Notes: generated by a model not told the origin, from the sequence alone. A stretch of 64,000 nt of DNA from Candidatus Thorarchaeota archaeon (GCA_046482545.1 JAWOEX010000032.1:128001-192000), one strand, 5' to 3'. Shown: positions 28,544 through 39,462, numbered from the stretch's first letter. A program made the numbers and translations.

Positions 28544-29899
28544 CTATCCCTTGGCTATTACTCCTACATCACCAAACAGAATTGGCGCTCCAATCAGCCT
28601 TTGAAGCACTATCTGTTCACTTGCAATCTGTCGGGCATTCTTAAGCAAATCATAGACATTACCGGATAATGCGAGGCCATGCACTGCTCCCTTCATCTCT
28701 CCATCTTCTATGAGTATTGCTGGGTTTCCAACAACGCTGAAGTCACCAGATTCTGGATTGGAGCTGTGAGCTCCCTGTAAACCTTTGACGAGATACCCAA
28801 ATTCTACTTCGTTGAGAATCTCCTCATAGGTACGGGATCCTGACTCAACTACAACATTGGAAGGCGCAATTTCAACAAGGCCTTGGCGTCGATTTCTACT
28901 GGCATTACCTGTACTTTCGACGCCTCTTCTGTTTGCCCAGTAAGTGTCCCATATGAACGATTGCAGGAACCCGTCTTCGAGAATCGGAGTCTTTTGTCGT
29001 GGTACCCCTTCGTCATCAGCTATTGATGCTCGGATTCCACGAGGATTCGTACCATCATCATACACATTCAGATTCTCTGCCGCGATTTTCTCTCCCAGCT
29101 TGTCGCCAATCTTTGACTTCCCCCTTGTTACATTATCTCCACGAATTGATGGTACAAGTGTGAACTGCAGGAGTTGTCCATAGGCAGATGGATGCATTAA
29201 GACATCATGCTTTCCACTTTTCCCGTTCTCAGTCTTCTTCATTGCTCGAATAGTAGACGTGACATCCTCTACAACGTAGTCCAAATCAAGATCGGGAGAA
29301 CGCTTCATATCAACACAGAATGTCCTCGGCGTCATTCCATTCTCAATCTTGGCGACCGCCGCTAGGAAGGCATAAGCAAGAGAGCCCTTCTCTGAATGTT
29401 CAATCCCGTTTGAATTGGCATACCCAGAATGATAAGCTGAGGTTCCTCCACCAGCTGATGCTGGAATCAACCCCTCTTCTTCTGCACTGCTTCTCGCAAT
29501 CAATTCATTGACATTGTTTACAATTTCTGATGGATTCATGTTCACAATTTCCGAGTTCCACAATCCTTCCACTGAAGGGTACTCCGCTGGAGTGGGTAGA
29601 CTTTCCCATTGTTCGTCAATCGTAGATGCCTTTGCGGCAGCAATCGCCAGTTTTATAGATTCTTCGACAGAATCTTTCGTGGCAATACTTGTGAAGGCTG
29701 CCCCCATCTTCTTCCCTATGTAGATTCTGACGGCAATTTGACTGCCAATGGTTTGGTTAACACTACTCACCTGTCCCATTTCGGCTTCGGCTTCCAATTC
29801 GGATTCATAGTGGGCTTGGATTTCAGCTGCGTCGGCTCCTTTCTTTTCGGCTGTGTTTACTGCATATCTGCACAGTTCTAGAAGCTCTTCTTCATTCAT
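28544..29899 (-). CDS. pmbA: PmbA/TldE family protein
   Basis: DDEGVP, STGNASR and GAHSSNPESGDFS, with no HExxH. Follows tldD. ATG 29899 or 29905 preferred. Confidence 0.88.
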   Translation of the reverse strand: MNEEELLELCRYAVNTAEKKGADAAEIQAHYESELEAEAEMGQVSSVNQTIGSQIAVRIYIGKKMGAAFTSIATKDSVEESIKLAIAAAKASTIDEQWESLPTPAEYPSVEGLWNSEIVNMNPSEIVNNVNELIARSSAEEEGLIPASAGGGTSAYHSGYANSNGIEHSEKGSLAYAFLAAVAKIENGMTPRTFCVDMKRSPDLDLDYVVEDVTSTIRAMKKTENGKSGKHDVLMHPSAYGQLLQFTLVPSIRGDNVTRGKSKIGDKLGEKIAAENLNVYDDGTNPRGIRASIADDEGVPRQKTPILEDGFLQSFIWDTYWANRRGVESTGNASRNRRQGLVEIAPSNVVVESGSRTYEEILNEVEFGYLVKGLQGAHSSNPESGDFSVVGNPAILIEDGEMKGAVHGLALSGNVYDLLKNARQIASEQIVLQRLIGAPILFGDVGVIAKG

Positions 29900-29912
29900 T
29901 TTCATCACCTTC

Positions 29913-31301
29913 TTACTCCTGTCCTCCAAAGGTTATTCCGCCCTCTGAAAAACGGATTTTTGGCCCCCCTGATGCTACATAGGCTGTCTGGCCTTTCCCA
30001 CATCTGCCTAGCTCGTACGGGAAGTCCTCATTTGCAACGCCTTCGATTTTGAAAAGCGAATCAGTAGCGATTCCTGAAATCGAGAGATCTTTGATCGGCT
30101 TCCCCAGTTCTCCATCGACAATCTCATAGGCTTCCTGAATACCAACTTGAAAGCTAGCATTCATCTGGGCTTGCCCCCCTCGGAAATCTGCGCAGTAATA
30201 CCCGAAATCAATTCCTTCAAAAATCTCGTCTGGCGCATAATTGCCTTTCTCGAAGTATGTATTTCTCATCCTGATTATTGGTGGATACAAGTAGCTTTCT
30301 GCACGTGCGTTTCCGGTACATCGCTGCCCGGTTTTGGCAGCATATTCACGGTTCGTCATGAGTTCGTTGAGTACTGAATCCTTGATTATCTCCACTTTGC
30401 TTGGAGGAACTCCTTCCTCGTCATAGGCTTCGGTACCCAGATTATTTGCATCCGTGCCATCATCAATCATATTAACTCCCTCCGCAGCAACAACTTCCCC
30501 AACTTTGCCTGCAAAGGCACTATTGACTGTGAGGTCTGCTTCTGCTAGGTGCCCGAGCGCCTCGTGGGCGAGCACTCCAATTACTCTGGGACCTAGTACG
30601 CAGGGAAAGTAACCTGCCTTGCTCTTCACTCCGTCTAACTGTAGCACGACACGTTTTGCGGCTTCTTCTGCAATCATTTCGGGGGTGGCAGTATTTTCCA
30701 TGAATTCCCATCCCTCATGGGTTGATGCCTCTTCATATCTGGCAGCCGTCAGCTGTGTTCCTTCCTTTCCGCTAATCCATGGATATACCCAGACCAAGAG
30801 TTTTGGCTTCTTGATGCGTGAGCCTTCAGATGTGACAATGAAGGTTTCTCCAGAAATGCTTCTCAGCTTTCCAGTTACCGCGCTGATTCTTTCATCGTAG
30901 TTTCTAGCAGCAGTAGTCAGATCCTTAAGATACTGAATTTTCTCTTCAATCGGAACGTTTTGCGGGTCTCGTTCTATATCCGCTTCAACAGAATCTTCGT
31001 ATGTATCCACTTCAGCAAGCTCGATAGGGTCCCTGCGAGTCATTGCTGCTGCTTTCGCCATAGAGATTGCATCCTCTATGGCTTCATCAAGTTCATCCAA
31101 CTGGCCGGTTGTGACAAAACCCCACGCACCATTAACAAGCACTCTCAGAGCAACACCCTGTTCAATGCGGCGAGTGAGTGCATTGACTCTGCCGTCATCC
31201 ATTTGAATATACTCTACGAAGCTGTTCTCACCGCGCGCTTCAACATACGAAGCGCCCATGCTGGTCCCTTTCTCTATAATCCCATCAAAATGCTCAAACA
31301 A
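29913..31301 (-). CDS. tldD: TldD family metalloprotease
   Basis: HEALGH (HExxxH), YDEEG, TGNARAE, PIIRMRNTY and C-terminal CGKGQ. Confidence 0.92.
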   Translation of the reverse strand: MFEHFDGIIEKGTSMGASYVEARGENSFVEYIQMDDGRVNALTRRIEQGVALRVLVNGAWGFVTTGQLDELDEAIEDAISMAKAAAMTRRDPIELAEVDTYEDSVEADIERDPQNVPIEEKIQYLKDLTTAARNYDERISAVTGKLRSISGETFIVTSEGSRIKKPKLLVWVYPWISGKEGTQLTAARYEEASTHEGWEFMENTATPEMIAEEAAKRVVLQLDGVKSKAGYFPCVLGPRVIGVLAHEALGHLAEADLTVNSAFAGKVGEVVAAEGVNMIDDGTDANNLGTEAYDEEGVPPSKVEIIKDSVLNELMTNREYAAKTGQRCTGNARAESYLYPPIIRMRNTYFEKGNYAPDEIFEGIDFGYYCADFRGGQAQMNASFQVGIQEAYEIVDGELGKPIKDLSISGIATDSLFKIEGVANEDFPYELGRCGKGQTAYVASGGPKIRFSEGGITFGGQE

Positions 31302-31482
31302 ATCAGTCTACTCCACTTCTTACTGGACGGATTTAGCCGGATTACTCATGATAAACGGTTGGTTTAGCGCCGCTTCCATAAGGATGGTCGAGCGCCCATA
31401 AACCATTGAGTATTCATCGCCAATGCATTGGGTTCTCCGCATGGGATGTTGTGCGTTCAATTAATCGAGATTTAGCCCCGAT

Positions 31483-31902
31483 CTAAGGAACCAATATGAA
31501 TGCGACGAGAGCTATGAATAGTATTCCAAGAAGCATCAGGCTGCATCTGTAGCATGATTCATCACCATATTTCTCCTGTTGTAGTCCCGCATAGTATCCT
31601 ATCACCAGGCCAATCCAACAGCTAACCATGATTGCCACACCTGGACCCGTGGGAACAGGAAATGAGGCTTGGGGATAGTCTCTTACAGTAAAAAAGGGCA
31701 AGAGAGCGAACCAAACTACATTGAGAAGAATCGGGATGGCAACCCCCGCGATAGCGGCTCCAAGTAGTAGGTTGGTCATTCTGCTTATACTTATGTACAT
31801 GATACTCAGAGAGATTATCATTCCAATTACCGAAAGAAAAAACGTCATAGCTATTTCCGTTAATCGCATTGGACACGAAACACCCCTAACATAATCTCCC
31901 AC
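31483..31902 (-). CDS. Hypothetical membrane protein
   Basis: About 4 hydrophobic segments. No family recognised. Confidence 0.6.
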   Translation of the reverse strand: MGDYVRGVSCPMRLTEIAMTFFLSVIGMIISLSIMYISISRMTNLLLGAAIAGVAIPILLNVVWFALLPFFTVRDYPQASFPVPTGPGVAIMVSCWIGLVIGYYAGLQQEKYGDESCYRCSLMLLGILFIALVAFILVP

Positions 31903-32053
31903 ACAGTACGTAAATGTTATAGAAATCGTACTTTTTCAACCTTTCGTGATTTCTCATTACTGCCTCACGCTCCCATAACGCGATTTTCCAGGTGACTAGG
32001 AACGTTTAAGTCGCACAATGCTTCAAGCTAGGATATTAGGTGAGGAGGCCTAG

Positions 32054-34663
32054 ATGAGAAGGAACTTTGCCAAGGCTGGACTTTCGCTAGTAGGACCCAT
32101 TGCCCTGATTATCCTGTTGACAATGCCCATAGGACCACTTGCTGGTGGTTTGGGCATAATCCAACCATGGGGCGGGATATTCGATAGCGGAAGAGTTGCT
32201 AACCCTGCAAAAGAGATGACATTGTCTCTTCCTATTCTAGATCAACCTGTGGATGTCCTAATTGATACGTGGGGCGTCCCTCATATCTATGCAGAGAACG
32301 TTAAGGATGCATTTCGTGTTCTTGGATATTTGCATGCCAAAGAACGACTCTTTCAGATGACCCTGCAGAATCACATGGCTGCCGGAAGACTCAGCGAGTT
32401 AGTTGGATCGGTTGCCCTTTCAACTGACAAGTACTACAGGACAATTGGACTTGCAAGGGCCGCTAACAGAACCTATCAGTGGTTCCTTGATCAGAAGCAG
32501 TTTGATTCTGAGGTAGCATATGCTCTAGATTTGGTCAATGCTGAAGTGGCAGGAGTCAATGCTTTCATAGAATCCATGACACAAGCAACCACACCAATTG
32601 AATTCAAGATGCTAGGGATATCTCCCCACAAATGGACTCCACATGATATCTTTCTTTGGAGTAAGATGATGACGTGGGGCTTATCAGGGGGATTCGCCGA
32701 TCTTGAGCGCCAGTTCATCTGGGCGACGACAGAAAATGATACATTATTGCAGGATATGTTTCCGATGGTCTTGCCATATACTGTTCCAATTATTCCCGAG
32801 CAGCATAACTTGAGCTTGGCTAAATTTCCGAATGCACCGGGTGGCTTTCCTGCAACAACCAATCCTCCGAAACAAGTTCAATCAAAACGCTATGATGAAG
32901 ACAGTCTAAGTATCAAGAAACTCACAACGATTCTTGATGCTATTTCAAATGTTGCAGAAGCTCTGGGGCCACAAGAGCTGGTGGGCAGCAATAACTGGGT
33001 TGTTCATGGCAATAGAACGGCTACTGGAAGCCCTCTTCTTGCGAATGATCCGCATTTAGGCCTTCAAGCCCCCTCGCTCTGGTATGAAGCTCATCTTGTG
33101 GTGCCAGGGGCTTTGAATGTTGCTGGCGTTACTCTTCCGGGTCTACCAGGAGTTCTTCTTGGGCACACCGACAGGATAGCTTGGGGGTTCACCAATGTTG
33201 GTGTTGATGTATTGGACATATTCGTTGAGAAACTTAACCCTGATAATCACACTCAGTACTATTACGGTGATGGTTGGAAGAGTTTTGAGCTACTGAATGA
33301 ACCTATAGAAACCAGCGATCAAGGTGTAGTCGATTTTGAGGTTAGAAAATCTGTTCATGGTCCATGTATCGATTCTGCTATTCGTGGATATGAGAACTAC
33401 TCTGCTGACGGCATTAACATGGCTATGAACTGGACTGGGAATGGAGTAACACATGAGATTCTCTCCCTTTCGCTTCTCAATCAAGCCAAGAATATTAGTG
33501 ACTACTATGAAGCAATCTATTGGTGGGACAGCCCTCCCCAAAATATCGTCTATGCTGATGATGAAGGGAATATTGCGATGACGGTGGCTGGGCGCTTTCC
33601 GTTGCGCTCAGGCTATACAGGCGAATTTCCCGTGGAGGCTCTGAATGATTCTGTTGGTATGGTCAGCAATATCCCCTATGCCTGCAATCCTCGGGCCGTT
33701 AATCCATCGCAGGGGTACATCCAGTCATGCAATCAAAGATCTATTGCTCCGACTGAGTATGGTTTTACGTTGCAAGGTTTGTTTGCTGACGGTTATCGGG
33801 GAAGAAGAATTGATGCCCTACTCAATAATGATGATACAGTTACCGTGGAGGAGATGATGCAATTCCAGGCAGATTCTCTTGATGTTACAGCACAAGAGCT
33901 TGTTCCTATCGTTGTTAACGACTGGGATTCTGCTGAAGAATCGAACTCCACTATAGATGCAGCAGTGAGCTGGCTTCGTGACTGGGATTTCGTCATGAAA
34001 ACTGACTCAAAGGCGCCGACGCTGTGGCGATACCTGTTGAACGCCCTTTCCTACGAAGTTTTTGATGAGCTTAGGACTATAGACTCTCGGTTGCGCCTTT
34101 CCCGTAATCCAGTGCTTGAGTATATTCTCAAGGAAAACTGGGCGTATTATTTGGATGATCATGCGACTGGAGATGTCGAAACGCGAGAAACCATGATTGT
34201 CCAATCTCTTCATCGTGCTCTTAATGATATGAAGGAGGACTTGGGTAGCAATCAAAGCAACTGGGAATATGGGCATCAACACATCATTCTCATAGAGCAT
34301 CTGGCAGGATTGACATATATTGGCGGAGGCCCCCACAGAGGATCTGGTTATACACTCAATGCAGCTGGGGGCGGGAGACGTACCGGGTGGGATGCAAGGT
34401 GGGTTGTTCAAGGCGGCCCATCATGGCGCATGGTTGCGGACCTGAGTGACATTTCTCAATCATATGATGTGTATCCCGGGGGTCAAAGCGGAAATATCTT
34501 CAGCCCTCATTGGCGTGACATGTTCGACCTCTGGTATAACTATGATTCAGAAACAGGACACTATGGCTACCATCAGATGTTGTTCTATTCGACAGCTCAA
34601 GATTTCAGGGAAGATGACACTGATGATACACTGATAGAAAGCGAGATCTCTTTTCTAACCTAA
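32054..34663 (+). CDS. Penicillin acylase family (Ntn) protein with N-terminal membrane anchor
   Basis: DTWGVPHIYA, ERLFQM, GSNNWVV (beta-chain Ser nucleophile), ANDPHL, WGFTN and PGGQSG. Confidence 0.92.
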   Translation: MRRNFAKAGLSLVGPIALIILLTMPIGPLAGGLGIIQPWGGIFDSGRVANPAKEMTLSLPILDQPVDVLIDTWGVPHIYAENVKDAFRVLGYLHAKERLFQMTLQNHMAAGRLSELVGSVALSTDKYYRTIGLARAANRTYQWFLDQKQFDSEVAYALDLVNAEVAGVNAFIESMTQATTPIEFKMLGISPHKWTPHDIFLWSKMMTWGLSGGFADLERQFIWATTENDTLLQDMFPMVLPYTVPIIPEQHNLSLAKFPNAPGGFPATTNPPKQVQSKRYDEDSLSIKKLTTILDAISNVAEALGPQELVGSNNWVVHGNRTATGSPLLANDPHLGLQAPSLWYEAHLVVPGALNVAGVTLPGLPGVLLGHTDRIAWGFTNVGVDVLDIFVEKLNPDNHTQYYYGDGWKSFELLNEPIETSDQGVVDFEVRKSVHGPCIDSAIRGYENYSADGINMAMNWTGNGVTHEILSLSLLNQAKNISDYYEAIYWWDSPPQNIVYADDEGNIAMTVAGRFPLRSGYTGEFPVEALNDSVGMVSNIPYACNPRAVNPSQGYIQSCNQRSIAPTEYGFTLQGLFADGYRGRRIDALLNNDDTVTVEEMMQFQADSLDVTAQELVPIVVNDWDSAEESNSTIDAAVSWLRDWDFVMKTDSKAPTLWRYLLNALSYEVFDELRTIDSRLRLSRNPVLEYILKENWAYYLDDHATGDVETRETMIVQSLHRALNDMKEDLGSNQSNWEYGHQHIILIEHLAGLTYIGGGPHRGSGYTLNAAGGGRRTGWDARWVVQGGPSWRMVADLSDISQSYDVYPGGQSGNIFSPHWRDMFDLWYNYDSETGHYGYHQMLFYSTAQDFREDDTDDTLIESEISFLT

Positions 34664-34675
34664 GGAGGCTATGCA

Positions 34676-35092
34676 TTGCGAAAAATCGATGAATCTATTC
34701 CGGAATTGCCGTTTGTTGTAGTTGTTGTTTGCGTACTGATACTTGGAGTACTACTCCAGCTGACTGGGTTATGGATTATGATGCTGCTAGCAGGGGGTAT
34801 TGGATCTCTGTTTTGCCGCAGTCTTAAACGTGCTTTTGCCGCAGGATTTCTTGGTGTTGGAATGGCCTGGACTATACTCTTCGCATATCTCATTCTAGCA
34901 GCTCAAGCCTTGGCTATCGCTGATTTCTTCATTACTTTGCTAGGCCTGAGCGGCTTGGGCTGGCTAGTCATAGTCATCAGCATCATAATTGGTGCGCTAT
35001 TGGGAGGATTTGGAGCTGCACTAGTGAGAGCTCTTGTCGAACTTGTGGATGAAGTAATCGATGGGAGAATGAACACTGAGCACTCGGTTTAG
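34676..35092 (+). CDS. Small membrane protein
   Basis: About 4 TM segments. TTG start behind GGAGG, 12 nt after the acylase. Confidence 0.7.
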   Translation: MRKIDESIPELPFVVVVVCVLILGVLLQLTGLWIMMLLAGGIGSLFCRSLKRAFAAGFLGVGMAWTILFAYLILAAQALAIADFFITLLGLSGLGWLVIVISIIIGALLGGFGAALVRALVELVDEVIDGRMNTEHSV

Positions 35093-35157
35093 CATCAGAA
35101 CAAATGATAAACACATAATCAAACGACATATCCATCAGTAACGGTCAGTGAAGACAT

Positions 35158-35880
35158 ATGCCTCATGAGGAGAGTTGGTATTCAGTAGAATGGTTGGATT
35201 CTGCCAGGAACATTGTCGAATGGACCAAAGAAACCTCCGCAGGAGTTCAAGCAGTTCTTTTGCTCCGTCACTCGCATAGAGAACGACTCAACAACCACAA
35301 GGAAATGATGGGCGCTGGTCTCACTGAACTAGGAAGAAACACCTCCTATGAGATGGGTCGTAGGCTTCAAGTAACCGGCAATGTTCGAATATTGACGAGT
35401 TTCATTTCCCGGTGTTATGAAACAGCTAAACATTTGGCTGAGGGTCTCTCAGAACAAGAGTACACAGTTGACGACATTGATCCACTCCCGGCTTTGGTTG
35501 GCCCAGAAAACGCAATGGATGTGGTTTCACGGGAGCTACATCCCGATGGTGAAAATGTTACTGAATTCGTCAATAATTGGGCAAACGGCGAATATGACAG
35601 GGAAATGGAAAGTTTCGGGAGCTACCTGAAAAGACTTGACGAGGGCATTTTCAAAAACCTGGACTCAATAAAGACTACGGTTACTTCCCTCAATATTACT
35701 CATGACTTAACTCTGATGACCGCAAAGAGAGCTATACTCGGTGAACCACTTAGCCGGTCTAACCGAGAGCCCTACCTTGGTGGCATAGCTATTCGGACTA
35801 GCGATTCGGCGCTAGAAATTCTGTTTGGGAATACAGCGCGAATCTTGAAAAAACAGCGGGACGAACTACTCATTCCTTGA
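35158..35880 (+). CDS. Histidine phosphatase superfamily protein
   Basis: LLLRHS, LTELG, TSFISRCYETA and ITHD. Confidence 0.75.
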   Translation: MPHEESWYSVEWLDSARNIVEWTKETSAGVQAVLLLRHSHRERLNNHKEMMGAGLTELGRNTSYEMGRRLQVTGNVRILTSFISRCYETAKHLAEGLSEQEYTVDDIDPLPALVGPENAMDVVSRELHPDGENVTEFVNNWANGEYDREMESFGSYLKRLDEGIFKNLDSIKTTVTSLNITHDLTLMTAKRAILGEPLSRSNREPYLGGIAIRTSDSALEILFGNTARILKKQRDELLIP

Positions 35881-35917
35881 TTCTGCACTTCATATGAGAT
35901 GATCCTACACTTTTACA

Positions 35918-35986
35918 GCTGAGAGGAAGTAAGGAAGCATCCCCGTCCTGAGACGCTTCCATCCTCTTAGCCAACGAGTGTGTTGG
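35918..35986 (-). terminator. Tandem hairpins between convergent genes
   Basis: GCTGAGAGGA/TCCTCTTAGC outer stem with GGAAGC/GCTTCC inner stem, and an adjacent GCCAAC/GTTGGC hairpin. Confidence 0.35.
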
Positions 35987-35989
35987 CCT

Positions 35990-38572
35990 CTAACTTTGCT
36001 TTTGTCTCCAGTATAGGAGAATCACGATGACAACGATGGCCACGGTTGCAGCTATAATGGCAGCTACCAGCGTGAAATCAGGTGGTGGCGGTGTGGTGGT
36101 AGTTGTCGTTTCAGTTGTAGTGGTTGTAGTAGTGCTAGTTGTGGTTGCTTCATTTTCGACTGAAACGCTTACTTCTATCTCCGCGTAATTACCGGCTTCA
36201 TCATATGCTCGGACAGTGAGGTTGTAATCACCGTCTGATACCGTGGTTGTGTTCCAGTTGTAGAGGAACGGTTCGCTCGTGAAGTTTGTCAAGCTAGTGT
36301 CATCTACATAGATTTCAACTCGGTCGATTCCGCTTCCACTATCGTTCGCTGTGATGTTGATTTGAACTGAATCACTAACGATATCGCCTTCGTTTGGAGA
36401 CACTATTTCTATCTCTGGTGCGATTGTATCCGTAACTGCATAGCTGAAGTAGTCTGAACCATTGAGCAGTGTTGTCGACTTCCCTGATGTATCATTGGCG
36501 GACACATAGAATTCGACAGCAGCGTTGTAGGCTTGTCCTGGAATCGAACCAGTGTACTTAGTATCGCCAAGGTCAGTCATGATGATTGTATTCCAATCCC
36601 CTGAATCAACCCTATAGTGTAGTTTCACCGTATCAGTACCAAGATCATAGACCGATACATTGACCTGTACGGGATTATTGACTTCTGGAGCTGTTGGTGC
36701 GTAGCTGAGTTCAGAAATCTCTGGGGCCGCGTCATTGTACAAGTAGACATCGTCAAACAGAATCTCAACGGTGCCTCCCGTTTCTGAGTAACCTTCAAGA
36801 TTTACTCGGTCAATTGCGGTTTCGGGTGCTGAGCCGAACAACAACTCATAATCTTCAGCGATGTTCCGTTGCATAGTAAACCATTGACCTATGGTATTCC
36901 CATTGGGCAAAATGATGTAGTCATCTACACCCTCCCCTCCAGTTGGATCGCTGCCATTGGCGAAAACATATGCGTATTCTTTATTGTCGGCAAACTCAAT
37001 GATGAGTTGCACCAATTCGTCTACTTGTGAAGTGAATGTTTCAAGTTTCCAGCTCACTTCAAGATAGGTATCTGTTTCATTGTTGAGAGGACGGTAAGCA
37101 CCTTCTTGATCGCCATAGTAGGAGTCTCCATTTTGAATCGTCAGATTAGCGGCTTTGTCCCCATTCAATGCATCATCTGTGACTGTGAAATACGGTTCTG
37201 TACTAGGAAGATTCCAGGCTCGAATCTCTTCACCAACATTAGGCTGATCCTCATAGCCCATGTCGTTTAGTGCTGCGGATTCCAAAACCATATCGTCACA
37301 CAAAACAGAAAGGCGTGAATACTTGTGGCTTGTATACATTCTAAATTCTATTTCTTCAACAACAACCTCACTTGTTTGATTATGAGAGGTGACATCATCC
37401 CAGATGCTTCTGTTGAAGAACGTCCACGTATCAGTAGTATTGAAACCTGTGGGCTCAATTCGAATCAGGTCCGAATATCCATCTACTGGGGATTCTAAAC
37501 CCTGGGCAAGCATGTAATACATGCTGAATTCATCTGTTCCATTTTGAGTATCCACCCGGATAAATGCATAGGTGTAGTTGGATGAACCTTGATAATCGTG
37601 GATTCGCCACCAGAATCGAAATTGATCCTGATTCATATCCGTTAGACGTACATTTGGACGAAATGAGAATCTCGCCTCACTCCCGTTACCGCTCGATGCT
37701 ACTGTAGCGTTGAGAGCATAATCGCCTTCCTTGTGCATATCGGTACGAGCGATATCACCAGCTTCTGATTTGGTCAGCCACCAAGAGCCAATACTTTCGA
37801 AATTGCCATTTTTAGTGCTTCCGGAAACGATTTTGTTTGTACCGTTTACTAAATTAACGTCATCAATGAATACTCGGGTATATGATGAGGTTTCACTATA
37901 TATCTTGAAATCCATATTATTCTGTGAATTGGGGTACACTCCAAATGCAGCAAAGAAGTCCTCTGTGATGTTCCTATCAAAACTCAACCATTCATTCTGA
38001 GTCTGGTTCATTATGGAGTACCATCTACTCGTTGTGTTGCTTATTGTAGAATCGATACCGCTAAGATAGTAATTTAGAGTTGGACCGTGAAATCCATTGA
38101 ACCGCATTTGAAGATAAAAATAATCATAGTCTAGATTGTGATTTTGGTAGATATAATAATCAAAATCGAGTGTCAGATTAACAGGGTTCTCCTGTCCACT
38201 TGGGGTTTGTTGATGGAGATCAGCTTGACTTGGATGCTCGGAATCGATAGCCCTTGCCTGCACGCCCATAGATTGTAAACCCTCATTTACGGGCCAAGGA
38301 GTGTCAGCATACCACATATACCTTTCAGTGCTCCTGTAAGTTTGTATACTTCTTGGAACATGTGGGGTTGTCCAATTCTCGAATCCGTGGTTGGGATTGT
38401 GGTCTGCCGTCCATTCCACTCGACTTAGATTCGTTCCGGATGGAAGATCAGAACTGGTCTTCAATTGAGACTCTATTTCTGCTTGGGGCAATGAATCGTG
38501 AGTTGTCACGCCCAAGAATCCTGAAATCAGCATAATTGCGAATAATGTGAGTGTAAATGCATGGTGACGCAT
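35990..38572 (-). CDS. Cell-surface glycoprotein: three jelly-roll-like repeats, two Ig-like domains, Thr-rich linker, C-terminal TM anchor
   Basis: Signal peptide, repeated N-x-x-FE / W..F.RNI.ED / F.DDV motifs, DTIAPEIEIVSP...YNLTVRAYDEAGN (Big-type Ig), poly-Thr/PPPP, and a hydrophobic tail followed by RQK. Confidence 0.85.
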   Translation of the reverse strand: MRHHAFTLTLFAIMLISGFLGVTTHDSLPQAEIESQLKTSSDLPSGTNLSRVEWTADHNPNHGFENWTTPHVPRSIQTYRSTERYMWYADTPWPVNEGLQSMGVQARAIDSEHPSQADLHQQTPSGQENPVNLTLDFDYYIYQNHNLDYDYFYLQMRFNGFHGPTLNYYLSGIDSTISNTTSRWYSIMNQTQNEWLSFDRNITEDFFAAFGVYPNSQNNMDFKIYSETSSYTRVFIDDVNLVNGTNKIVSGSTKNGNFESIGSWWLTKSEAGDIARTDMHKEGDYALNATVASSGNGSEARFSFRPNVRLTDMNQDQFRFWWRIHDYQGSSNYTYAFIRVDTQNGTDEFSMYYMLAQGLESPVDGYSDLIRIEPTGFNTTDTWTFFNRSIWDDVTSHNQTSEVVVEEIEFRMYTSHKYSRLSVLCDDMVLESAALNDMGYEDQPNVGEEIRAWNLPSTEPYFTVTDDALNGDKAANLTIQNGDSYYGDQEGAYRPLNNETDTYLEVSWKLETFTSQVDELVQLIIEFADNKEYAYVFANGSDPTGGEGVDDYIILPNGNTIGQWFTMQRNIAEDYELLFGSAPETAIDRVNLEGYSETGGTVEILFDDVYLYNDAAPEISELSYAPTAPEVNNPVQVNVSVYDLGTDTVKLHYRVDSGDWNTIIMTDLGDTKYTGSIPGQAYNAAVEFYVSANDTSGKSTTLLNGSDYFSYAVTDTIAPEIEIVSPNEGDIVSDSVQINITANDSGSGIDRVEIYVDDTSLTNFTSEPFLYNWNTTTVSDGDYNLTVRAYDEAGNYAEIEVSVSVENEATTTSTTTTTTTETTTTTTPPPPDFTLVAAIIAATVAIVVIVILLYWRQKQS

Positions 38573-38706
38573 TTTTTGTCTCCTCTTCACGCCCCAATGT
38601 GGTTTCATCTTATATCACTATCCGTTAATACATTCGAATTCTTTTCTTCGAGTTCTTTGGGTGCTACCAAACAACCCGCAAAAACTGTCAGGATTGCTCT
38701 CTTGGT

Positions 38707-39462
38707 CTAGGGCCGAAGTACCTCATACCTTAACCAGACATGACAACCTTTGTCTACATGAGTAGACAGCAACTCTAGTTGAATGGGAAGTTGCTCCTCC
38801 TCCAAATCTGGTGACTGATAAAGAGTTGGCGTATTTGTACCTCCAACCAGCCCCGGCGCAATCTCGATATTCACCTCGTCAATTAATCCAGCTCGAAGGA
38901 GCGCTCCGTTCAGCCTTCCTCCCGCGGTTGAAAGAATGCATTTGACACCAAGTTTCGACTGCAACTTGTTGAAAACTGCTTCTAAATCCACGTGACCATT
39001 ACCGGCAATGAGATACGGTATGTTCTCTCTTCTAAGATACGCCAAATATTCAGGAGGAGTATGAAAGCCAACGAGAATCAGAATATGCCAGCCGGGCATG
39101 TCATCAAATTCCTTCGCCCAGCCTCTCATTCTTCCTCTCCCATCTACAGCTACACACCAACCTGTGCGCTCTTCCGCTTCTGTAACCTCTAAGGGCAAGA
39201 AGTCATCAAAGAGAATGGAGTCATCCATTTCGGTAGGAGGAAGAGGCTTGGGTTCAACATTCTCTGGAAGAAAGGATCCACTCCCCTCCATAATTACTGT
39301 CGGTTCATGGATTGAGAATAGATGACTCTGAACATCGAGTTCTGGTTCGTTCATGAAACTATCGAAGCGGTCATCTCCATCGAACATGGTCTTGTTCGGA
39401 GCTATGGCGACTCTTCCATCTGCTGATGCTACAGTATAGATTACTACTTTCGGTCGGTCCAT
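38707..39462 (-). CDS. RibD C-terminal (pyrimidine reductase/DHFR-like) family protein
   Basis: RPKVVIYTVASADGR, VDGRGR and TAGGRLNGALLRAGLIDEV. Confidence 0.82.
   Translation of the reverse strand: MDRPKVVIYTVASADGRVAIAPNKTMFDGDDRFDSFMNEPELDVQSHLFSIHEPTVIMEGSGSFLPENVEPKPLPPTEMDDSILFDDFLPLEVTEAEERTGWCVAVDGRGRMRGWAKEFDDMPGWHILILVGFHTPPEYLAYLRRENIPYLIAGNGHVDLEAVFNKLQSKLGVKCILSTAGGRLNGALLRAGLIDEVNIEIAPGLVGGTNTPTLYQSPDLEEEQLPIQLELLSTHVDKGCHVWLRYEVLRP

Noticed and set aside
36080-36150. GTT/GTA/GTG trinucleotide microsatellite
   Set aside because: It simply encodes the Thr/Pro-rich linker of the surface protein.
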